A stretch of 32,000 bases of DNA from Nitrosococcus oceani ATCC 19707 (GTDB taxonomy: Bacteria > Pseudomonadota > Gammaproteobacteria > Nitrosococcales > Nitrosococcaceae). Positions 8,648 to 16,268 of this stretch are shown one piece after another. A program made the position numbers and the translations under genes. Within the stretch, counting starts at the first letter, position 1, and every line of letters starts with the position of its first letter. The stretch covers positions 2,520,001-2,552,000 of the forward strand of contig NC_007484.1 in the NCBI RefSeq assembly GCF_000012805.1, written 5' to 3'. The notes beneath the pieces were generated by a model. The model saw only the letters and a program-made list of their open reading frames with translations. It was not told where the DNA came from and made no database searches.

Positions 8648-10450
8648 TCATTTTATTTCTTTAGTTGTGGGTCGGATCGCCAGCAACCGCTTTAAAAAAC
8701 GGTCTGCATCTGCAGGTTTGTCAGATCGGGGATTAGTTTTCCTCCGATCCGGCTGACTGGCTGCTGTAAGTCGTGCGATCGCTCGAGGATAACTCCCCCT
8801 CATAAAGAGAATAATGCGACGAACGGGCCACTCATACGGCCGCATCCCAGGTCTTCCAATCTCTTTGGCATCTTTGAGTAATTGCTCCGCGATCTTTTCA
8901 CCACCGGGTGCATTAATATGTGCCTTCTTTACGATGTAGGAAGCATCTACCCACACGCGAACCAGGGACTCGGTCACATTCCAAGAAGATAGAAATGCCT
9001 TCTGGGTATTGCGGATCCATTCGAAGGCCAATAACTTGAACATTCTGGAGCCGGTTAGCCAACCATTCTCGCGTTTCCAATCTAGGTGATTGGCATAATC
9101 GACGAGCTGTTTCTTATATGCCTTCCGCTCAGTTCGCGGCATGCCCTCGTATCTGCGACGGACAAGCGCGAAATAGTTCGTCTTGGCCCTTCTGAGCTTA
9201 ACCTTCTGCTTGGTAAGTACGCGGGCGAACTGGACGATAAAATCCCGAAGCTGTGCCCTCTCGCGTGCCTTTTCGGCGCGAGCATTCTCTGCTGCGAGTG
9301 CATCGAGGATACCCTCGACGTGGCCCACCACCTTTGATCGCTTAGCCAATGTATTAAGCAGCTGCTTCTCAATATAATTCTTCAGGACACTAGCGAATTT
9401 CGCGCTGCCCTCCGCATCAGAAGCAGACTTCAATACCTCGCCAAATTGCATCAGTGCTGATTCCCAAGCCTCTAACATCATATACTCAGCTTCGTAGATC
9501 TCCATTGCAAGTTCGCTCGGGTTTTTATCCACGTTGGCGAGTGCAGTTGGTGAGACTTGCGAGGGCGATACGGGCGGCGGAGCATCATACTTTGGCATGT
9601 GAAACCGAAGGCTGGCCCACGTATTTGGCCCTATGATTCCGTCTGGCTTCTTATCGCCCTGAGCTTCCTGCCACATATACACTGCCCGTGCAAAATCCTC
9701 CGGCGTTTCAATGGACAAAAGCTCGAGTTGGCTCACCAAGAAATTTTTTATCTCGTGTCTCTTCAGGTCCCATTTCAGCTTTTTGGCATAGTATTTGTTT
9801 CTTACCACCGCACGTCTGACATTGAATGATATTTCTTGCTCAAGAAACCCCGACCCTACTACATCTTCTTGCTTATTCCCTAGGTCAAAATCCTCCCACT
9901 CTTCATATTCAATGTCATCGTCAATCGCTTCCTCGTACTCATAGCTCGAAAATGGTGATTCCCGTTGTTGGAAAAACCCATCCTCAGACTCATCTCTAAC
10001 GTCAACGTAGCTATGCCATGCACCAGCAGGAGTATCCTGGGATCCTCTATCGGCTTGCTTCGGAGTCATCATTTCGTTGGTCTTTTCAGAATCATAAAAA
10101 TCCCTTTCCTCCGACCCTTCCAATTCATCAGTGTTTTCATCAGGAAGGAGTGATTCTTCCACTTCTTCTTCGCGATCTAGCTCATCAAAGAATTCTTCTT
10201 CTTCTAGTTCCTCGTCTATTTCCCCCTTGCGAATATCCCCCCTGAACCCTTCAGCTTCCTCGGCTGATTCACGTAAATCATTAAGAAAAGGGTTTTCTAG
10301 ATGAAACGTCTCTAGGCGGCTATCCAGATTCTCCACTTCCGCTAATTCAGCATCTGAAAACAGTTCCTCATTAAGGAATGGTGAAGCAGAATCATCTTTT
10401 GAACCGGGCTGGGAGGAATATCTATCAATATGTTTCTTTTGCGAATCCAT
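8648..10450 (-). CDS. Hypothetical 600-aa protein: acidic N-terminal about 200 aa with SPF motifs, PG_binding_1-like motif, helical basic C-terminal half; operon gene 5 of 6
   Basis: The long ORF has coding-like composition. AGGGAG lies upstream of the ATG at 10450. Residues about 20-200 are very rich in D/E. 'ARAVYMWQEAQGDKKPDGIIGPNTWASL' matches the C-terminal half of the peptidoglycan-binding-domain-1 consensus (DG-x-hGp-xTw-xxL). I recognise no catalytic motif. Confidence 0.7.
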   Translation of the reverse strand: MDSQKKHIDRYSSQPGSKDDSASPFLNEELFSDAELAEVENLDSRLETFHLENPFLNDLRESAEEAEGFRGDIRKGEIDEELEEEEFFDELDREEEVEESLLPDENTDELEGSEERDFYDSEKTNEMMTPKQADRGSQDTPAGAWHSYVDVRDESEDGFFQQRESPFSSYEYEEAIDDDIEYEEWEDFDLGNKQEDVVGSGFLEQEISFNVRRAVVRNKYYAKKLKWDLKRHEIKNFLVSQLELLSIETPEDFARAVYMWQEAQGDKKPDGIIGPNTWASLRFHMPKYDAPPPVSPSQVSPTALANVDKNPSELAMEIYEAEYMMLEAWESALMQFGEVLKSASDAEGSAKFASVLKNYIEKQLLNTLAKRSKVVGHVEGILDALAAENARAEKARERAQLRDFIVQFARVLTKQKVKLRRAKTNYFALVRRRYEGMPRTERKAYKKQLVDYANHLDWKRENGWLTGSRMFKLLAFEWIRNTQKAFLSSWNVTESLVRVWVDASYIVKKAHINAPGGEKIAEQLLKDAKEIGRPGMRPYEWPVRRIILFMRGSYPRAIARLTAASQPDRRKTNPRSDKPADADRFLKRLLAIRPTTKEIK

Positions 10451-10497
10451 AGTACTCGTTAAACTCCCTATCGAGATCTAGCCATTCGATACAAGTT

Positions 10498-11664
10498 TCA
10501 AGCCGACGTGACCTTCCTTGCCTTCAAATCATGTCCCGTCGTGATCGACCAATGGGTAATAATGGTCCTGATATCGGCCTCCGGCCCACCAGATACTCGC
10601 GTGTAAAGTGCAGGTACTGCCCCAGGATCATTGTAAATGCCGGTCTCGATCTGAATCAGAACCCTAGAGATTGCATCCGCCATATCGAAGAAATTTTTTG
10701 ATAAAGCATGCGCAGGCAAACCGACCCGCTGAGCGATTTTGTGCAGTCTTTGCTCGGGACTGGTGCCTTCTGCCCGAAGTGATAGCACAATCGGCGAATC
10801 AAATTCCAAGGTGAGCTGAAACCAGGCCATCATGGAGACAAAGAAAAACTCTTCCCGGGCCAGGTTGCTGCCCAGTCGGCGCGTCACCAACATATCATGG
10901 AGTTTTTCGGCAAGATTGGCGATTTCCGCATCATCAGTGGGATTGGAGCCACTGGTATTATTGACGTTAATAACACCCAACCACACTTCGCGAAGAAATT
11001 CCTCGAAGATGTAGACAAATTCAGAATTGGCTGCCTGGGCCTTTTCATAAGGTATTTTATCCTCGCCTTGATGATTCAGCTCCATACCGAACATTCGGTA
11101 ATAGGCGTTACGGCGGGAGGAACAAAGATTGGGGCGAATAAAGCTGCCCAGTGAATAAATAAAAAACGATGCTGGTTCCTTGTAAAAAAGCTCTTCTGTG
11201 TTGCGCAACCAATGCTCAGCGCCTTCAATGGGGACGCCTAATTGCTCACCATGTCGAAATTCATGTAATACTTTGCGGAAGATCTCATAGACCCGCGTGT
11301 TTTCGATCATGTAAGCATAAATGAGGTGGTCCCACATCACACAGCGGGGAAGATCTCGGGGCTCTAAGCAAGGATTATTAGGTGGGAGATTTACGGCTTC
11401 AACTTGGGGATCCGAGTCGCAAATATCTTTAATATTGTCTTCAGTACAGGCAAATAATTTGAGTAAATAATGGGGCAACCCAGGAAGATTGCTTCGCCGA
11501 AAGGGATGTCCTTGAGGCTTATCATTTGGAGGCGTATCATCATGTCTTCTTAATTCCCAAGCCTGCTCTAACAAGGCGGCTAATTCCACCGGGTGTAACC
11601 GGAAGAGTTTCCGCGCCCCCTCGTCCATCGAGCCTGGAAAAGATCCTGCAAATTGTCTGAACAT
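10498..11664 (-). CDS. Hypothetical 388-aa protein; operon gene 4 of 6
   Basis: A strong SD (AAGGAGGG) lies upstream of the ATG at 11664. The gaps to both neighbours are 46-47 nt. The sequence looks soluble and has four Cys between residues 73 and 108. I can name no family. Confidence 0.7.
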   Translation of the reverse strand: MFRQFAGSFPGSMDEGARKLFRLHPVELAALLEQAWELRRHDDTPPNDKPQGHPFRRSNLPGLPHYLLKLFACTEDNIKDICDSDPQVEAVNLPPNNPCLEPRDLPRCVMWDHLIYAYMIENTRVYEIFRKVLHEFRHGEQLGVPIEGAEHWLRNTEELFYKEPASFFIYSLGSFIRPNLCSSRRNAYYRMFGMELNHQGEDKIPYEKAQAANSEFVYIFEEFLREVWLGVINVNNTSGSNPTDDAEIANLAEKLHDMLVTRRLGSNLAREEFFFVSMMAWFQLTLEFDSPIVLSLRAEGTSPEQRLHKIAQRVGLPAHALSKNFFDMADAISRVLIQIETGIYNDPGAVPALYTRVSGGPEADIRTIITHWSITTGHDLKARKVTSA

Positions 11665-11710
11665 TTCCTATCCCTCCTTTGAGGCTGTGATAGCAAAGAC
11701 AAATTATTCC

Positions 11711-12040
11711 TTACTCCTTCTCCTTCGCGCGCGCTGACGGATTAGCCCTTGGATTAATGGGAGGCAGGCGCCATTTTTTTAGAGGATCTATATTGGGATC
11801 GAGTTGTGTAGGCACCCTAAGCGCAATCTTAATGGCCTTAAATTGTTCAATCGCCTGGTCCGGTAAGCTGCCTTCTTCAAAAGGTTGCCTAGTCCGCGTC
11901 TGAACCAGATCGCGGACTTCTTCAAAAATACCCGTAAGTAATTGGACAATTTCCTGGGTATCCACCCCTTTCCCCACCTGAGATCCTGCTGAGCTGGTTT
12001 TCTCCGGAGACCGCTTCGATGTATGTTTTTCGTCTGCCAT
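11711..12040 (-). CDS. Hypothetical 109-aa hydrophilic protein; operon gene 3 of 6
   Basis: A strong SD (GGAAGGAGAGG) lies upstream of the ATG at 12040, 31 nt after the preceding stop. The protein is charged, has no hydrophobic segment and has basic termini. Confidence 0.6.
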   Translation of the reverse strand: MADEKHTSKRSPEKTSSAGSQVGKGVDTQEIVQLLTGIFEEVRDLVQTRTRQPFEEGSLPDQAIEQFKAIKIALRVPTQLDPNIDPLKKWRLPPINPRANPSARAKEKE

Positions 12041-12071
12041 GATTGATTACCTCTCCTTCCAAGCACTAAAA

Positions 12072-13334
12072 TCAAGCTGCTTTTAACGACGCACCTAACC
12101 GGAGCATCCACGCTTCCTGTTTTTTCAGTATCTCGGCGGACTGTTCCGGCATCGTCGCCACTTGCAACCCAGTAAGCGCCAGCAAGCGCAGCGCTTCCGT
12201 CCATATCCAATGCATTGAGGTGTAAAGGGCGGGGCCTAATTGCCGCTCTAGCTGTATCAAGCTTGCGGGACTAACACGGGAGGGGTCGATTAACCTACCG
12301 AGGGCTCGTCCCCGGAAAGCTCGCATGGGCGTCCGCAGCACAATGTGGACCACCTTTGGCAATAACGGCAACGACTGTTGTAGTAGCTTGCCCGTTGAGA
12401 GCCTGGCGTTCTTCAGAGAATGGGCCTTGGTCCATACACGCACCAAATCGTCCCATGGCCCTGCCCCATAAAACTGCCGGCACATCTCTATGCCCAATAG
12501 GACGCGGATATAGCTAATGGGGTGGGGATCGCCTAAACGATGCCGGAATACGAAGCCATCGCTTCCGGATAATACGTCATGAAGTCCAGCCACAGCTGCA
12601 TAGCCCGTATGGGCAAAGGCGAAAGCATCCGCTGCGATCTCGCTGGCCCATCCCGCCCACATCTCGGCCACCTCAGGCGATACCTCTGCAAATGTTTCTT
12701 CCAGCGCGGCAGCCAATTCATTATTCCAACCAACGATATGGGCGACCTGATGGCCTGTTTCGTGGATCAGCGCCGTGGGGCGATAAAGATTATGATAGAC
12801 AATTTTTATTGCCGCAGCCGGGCTTTCCGTGCGCTGGTCCCAAAGCCGAAGCCCCGCTTTCAGAATTGAAGCGCCTAATCCCTTATCCACATAGGTTAAA
12901 ACCAAAGGAATCGGCTTGCCTATTGGGTCAAGAACCTGGGCCATGCTACGATAGGCCAGCGCATCACAGGCCCGAAGCAATGCCGCCAGGTGGGGATTCG
13001 TTCGGATATTTATGGCGTCGGCGTAAAAATCCAGCGTAATTTCGGTGCGCAAGTAACGCTTACGAAAATCGACCAATTGCCGGCGGACCTGATCCAAAGC
13101 GTCATCATCATGGGCCGCGTTTAAGGCAGCATGAAGCTGATCGCCTTGCCGGAGCAGTTGATCGACCGCCTCTCTCAGCCTTTGGCGAACCGCCGTGCCA
13201 AGATAATATTCCAAGCCCTCCCAGGCACTCGGTGCAATGAGACTTTCCAGTTCGCCCAGCCTAGAGGCCGCCATGGTCCAATGCCCAACCTGACGGGTAA
13301 ACTGTGTCCGCGTTATATTGAGTAACTCATTCAC
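12072..13334 (-). CDS. Putative zinc metallopeptidase (HExxH; gluzincin/M3-like arrangement); operon gene 2 of 6
   Basis: 'ALIHETGHQVAH' (HETGH encoded at 12750-12764) is followed about 40 residues later by 'WASEIAADAFAF'. This is reminiscent of the third-ligand Glu helix of gluzincins. The GTG start at 13334 overlaps the upstream stop as GTGAATGA, which suggests translational coupling. I see no signal peptide. Confidence 0.55.
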   Translation of the reverse strand: MNELLNITRTQFTRQVGHWTMAASRLGELESLIAPSAWEGLEYYLGTAVRQRLREAVDQLLRQGDQLHAALNAAHDDDALDQVRRQLVDFRKRYLRTEITLDFYADAINIRTNPHLAALLRACDALAYRSMAQVLDPIGKPIPLVLTYVDKGLGASILKAGLRLWDQRTESPAAAIKIVYHNLYRPTALIHETGHQVAHIVGWNNELAAALEETFAEVSPEVAEMWAGWASEIAADAFAFAHTGYAAVAGLHDVLSGSDGFVFRHRLGDPHPISYIRVLLGIEMCRQFYGAGPWDDLVRVWTKAHSLKNARLSTGKLLQQSLPLLPKVVHIVLRTPMRAFRGRALGRLIDPSRVSPASLIQLERQLGPALYTSMHWIWTEALRLLALTGLQVATMPEQSAEILKKQEAWMLRLGASLKAA

Positions 13335-15738
13335 TGTAATATCCTGGAATAGTTTGCACGCGGATTTCCGGCATGGCTTCGGAGAAATCCATGCCGCGCA
13401 GGCTTATCGTTTTCCTTTTCAAAGCGTCGCGAAGAGCTGGCAAACCGGGCAGATTATCAAGAGTTATTGCCAAGGTGACGCCCTCTGCCGGATCTTCGGT
13501 GGCAACGATAAAGCTCTGGGGCTGTTCCCGGAAGTAATGGCTCAATCCTTTGCCCAACCACTCCGTTACCTTCATCAGTAAGCTTTCTTTAATGGGCTGT
13601 GGGACCTCCATAAGCGCGGGGCCACGGGCGCCTTGGGGCAACATGGCTTCATGGATGATCTTTACCTGGCCGCATATCCCGCTGATTAGCGCATGCTTCA
13701 AGCCGGGTTCCATACCCGACTTCAAGGAAATCATCACCACACCGATTGGCGTTCGCTGACGCAGCTTAACGGCGATATCCTGTGCCTTGGTCTCGCTCAG
13801 GAAGTGGTAAACTCGAATCTGCTGCCGCGCAAAATCCAGGATAACCTTAACTTCACTACAGCGCCTCATCATTGCATTGGCGCCAGCCATAGGACCCATT
13901 CGGAGCCGTACGCCTGGGATTTCCAAATAATAGAAACGCTGTCCAATCCCCGTCACACGGCGGTTGGCAAAATACTTGGGCGGCATTATGCGTCCTAGTC
14001 CAGGATGCCCGAGCAATATTCCAGCCGCTTCAGGAGTCAGGGGGTGCAACTGGGAATAGGCGTAATTTGCAGTCATTCCCAAGCCAGGAGTGTTGTGTTC
14101 GTGTTTGCTGATTTGCGGGAGCATGGCGCCAGACATCATTTCGTAGAGGTGAACTCTGGCCTCAACGTCTACACCTGGAGAAAGCCCGAGTTGTTCCTGC
14201 AAAACTTCCGACAGTGGGATACCACCGTAGGTTTTAACTGCCCGCAGCTTCGGGGGAGAGAGTTTAGCATTTAAAATTCGGCTGTATTTTTTATAAAATT
14301 TCCTCCCCCGCAATGGCTGGAGTATCCAGGTCGCCTTAAGGCCCTTCGTCTCCCGCAAATCTGGCCGCTTGAGATATGCTTCTTCCGGGAGAACTTCAGG
14401 CAAATTGCGTGTGGCGGCCTGCTCAAAAGCTTCTAGTACATAGCCTTCTAATAGCTCCTCGTCGTCCAAGACATAATCGGGCAGCACCGCAACTTGACGC
14501 AGGGTATCTTCAACCGTCGCCGCAACCGCGGCACCCACTGCCTGGCGCGCATCTTCTTCCGTCGCCTCGAGGTTAATTAACCGGAGGCCGGCATCGACAA
14601 TCGCTTTCGACAAGGGACGAACATACCTGCGTCCAACAAAACGTTTAATAAGTTTTGCGACATATTTAGCCAGGAAATTGACGAGCTTTGGCCGCCCAAT
14701 AAACCGTATACCCAATTTTACCAGGGGCAAGATGGCAGGAATAAAGTTCTCCACAAGCGGAGTGGGGTCATCGCCCTCTTCTAGCTCCAAAACTCCTTCG
14801 ATAAACTGCTCACGCGCCTGATCTAAATCGCCAAGGGGATCGGCGCTAGGTTGCCGGGCCTCAGAGCTCACTTCCGCCAGCATGAGCTCCTGCTCTGTTT
14901 CATCCTCGGAAAACAGTAGATTCGCCAGCATTAAATCAAATTCTTGCTGGAACTGGTTGATTTCAGCGACAGTATCTTCGCCTCCGTCGAACGATCCCTG
15001 GTCTTCAATTTCTTTTTGAAAGCCTAGCCGCTTGGCTAGTATTTGAGCCAAGGGCCGGTATTTTTTAGGCAGTTTATTGATCGCAAAAGTTGTGATTTTT
15101 TTGATCCACGGTTTTATATATTTTCTAAGTTTTCTCAGGGCAATCCTGAACGCTTTTCTCGCGAGCGCCTTGCCTTTTTTCTTGACCCAATCAACCCCCT
15201 TTTTGAGCGCTTTTTTGACCTTCTTCTTGGCCCATCCAAAAATATTTTCAAAGGCAGGTGAAAGCGGCTGGCTAGGCGCATAGTGGTCAATAAAGGCATC
15301 AATTTCAGACTCGCTCATCGCTTCAAGATCACGATGATCGATATCCTCGGCCATTGCCTCCAAAAGCGTCTCTAGCTCGCTAGCCAAGGGTGAGAGGTGC
15401 GCCTCCAATATGCGCTCGGCTTCCAGGGTCTGCTCGGCTGGATGCCGGTATTTGGACACAAACTGATCGTCATACAACCCGGAGGCTTCAGTGATCAGTT
15501 CAAAGACAGCTTCATCGAATTCTTCATCGTATAGTTCGGTCACAAATTGCACGAACTCTTCAGATTCCGGATCGACTCTTTCTTCGCCATCTTCCAGTTC
15601 ATAAACAGAAACAAACGGGCTGGCAGACTGAAGCGTCGCTGAAGATGGAGCGTGTTCCTGATCTACTTCAACCTCTGACGCTGGAAAGCTGGTCACATCA
15701 AGAAACGGTGAATGGGAAGTCTTGGCGGGCTGGGACAT
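13327..15738 (-). CDS. Hypothetical 803-aa protein with alternating acidic and lysine-rich blocks and an unassigned about 400-aa C-terminal domain; operon gene 1 of 6
   Basis: The SD AAGGAGG (15744-15750) lies 5 nt upstream of the ATG at 15738. The N-terminal about 166 aa are strongly acidic and contain two SPF[LV] motifs. Residues 167-240 are K/R-rich (encoded at 15019-15240). Residues 241-334 are acidic again. Residues 335-387 form a second basic-hydrophobic block (14578-14736). I recognise no family. Confidence 0.7.
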   Translation of the reverse strand: MSQPAKTSHSPFLDVTSFPASEVEVDQEHAPSSATLQSASPFVSVYELEDGEERVDPESEEFVQFVTELYDEEFDEAVFELITEASGLYDDQFVSKYRHPAEQTLEAERILEAHLSPLASELETLLEAMAEDIDHRDLEAMSESEIDAFIDHYAPSQPLSPAFENIFGWAKKKVKKALKKGVDWVKKKGKALARKAFRIALRKLRKYIKPWIKKITTFAINKLPKKYRPLAQILAKRLGFQKEIEDQGSFDGGEDTVAEINQFQQEFDLMLANLLFSEDETEQELMLAEVSSEARQPSADPLGDLDQAREQFIEGVLELEEGDDPTPLVENFIPAILPLVKLGIRFIGRPKLVNFLAKYVAKLIKRFVGRRYVRPLSKAIVDAGLRLINLEATEEDARQAVGAAVAATVEDTLRQVAVLPDYVLDDEELLEGYVLEAFEQAATRNLPEVLPEEAYLKRPDLRETKGLKATWILQPLRGRKFYKKYSRILNAKLSPPKLRAVKTYGGIPLSEVLQEQLGLSPGVDVEARVHLYEMMSGAMLPQISKHEHNTPGLGMTANYAYSQLHPLTPEAAGILLGHPGLGRIMPPKYFANRRVTGIGQRFYYLEIPGVRLRMGPMAGANAMMRRCSEVKVILDFARQQIRVYHFLSETKAQDIAVKLRQRTPIGVVMISLKSGMEPGLKHALISGICGQVKIIHEAMLPQGARGPALMEVPQPIKESLLMKVTEWLGKGLSHYFREQPQSFIVATEDPAEGVTLAITLDNLPGLPALRDALKRKTISLRGMDFSEAMPEIRVQTIPGYYSE

Positions 15739-15759
15739 GAACGCCTCCTTATACTTTCC

Positions 15760-15777
15760 TTAGATCATTTAGATCAT
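15760..15777. repeat. Exact tandem 9-mer (TTAGATCAT x2) just upstream of the operon's first start codon
   Basis: I read it directly: ttagatcat at 15760-15768 and again at 15769-15777. It lies 22-39 nt upstream of the ATG at 15738, in the 5' UTR or promoter-proximal zone. On the minus strand it reads ATGATCTAA x2. Confidence 0.5.
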
Positions 15778-16268
15778 GGTGTGGCGGCTAAGTAAGTACC
15801 TTGCAAAAATTTTCCAGTAACACGGCAAATCCCCGCGGAATCCAACCGCCTGCCCATAAACCAGCGTGCCTCTGGCCGCTGTTTTCCCGCACACTCTCCC
15901 AGGATTGGGAAACCTTTATTTGCAGAAATGCCAGAACTCCACGGGTTGCTGGAGCGATCAGGCGCAGGGAATGGGATAATCAACCACCTTAGCCGAGTAT
16001 TGTTCCTAAACAGCGTGCAAAACCGGATTATGAGGGCTCCCGCTATCTGGGCACTGAAGGGTTTCCACAGGGGTCTTTCCATGGGTATTCTCTGGTAAAC
16101 CGGGCTCAAACTCGTAATCTGTTAAAATCGGTCTCGGTTTTAACCTCCACTTATATAGATATATAGACCATGGCGCTGAATGTAGGCAGCCATTTTTCCC
16201 CCTGGGAAAAACGCTATTCTCTTACCTGCCCATGGCCTGCAATAAACACATCCAGGAGCATTTCCACG

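Noticed and set aside
11788-12210. 140-aa minus-strand ORF bridging operon genes 2 and 3 in another frame
   Set aside because: It overlaps two ORFs that have strong SDs and better coding character. Its sequence is Arg/Leu/Gly-rich junk.
15803-15819. Sigma-54-like element on the minus strand (CTGGAAAATTTTTGCA) upstream of the six-gene operon
   Set aside because: The GG-to-GC spacing is 11 nt rather than the canonical 12 of TGGCAC-N5-TTGC. The -24 box also lacks the CAC.
15774-16109. 111-aa minus-strand ORF in the operon's upstream region
   Set aside because: Its composition is rich in Arg, Pro and Trp with no structure-like periodicity. It has no SD and would sit where the operon promoter must be. 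I treat it as non-coding.
16170-16268. 33-codon N-terminal extension of the antiporter ORF
   Set aside because: The extension (MALNVGSHFSPWEKRYSLTCPWPAINTSRSIST) precedes the canonical CPA2 N-terminus, which starts at the ATG at 16269. It is not membrane-like, so the start was moved.
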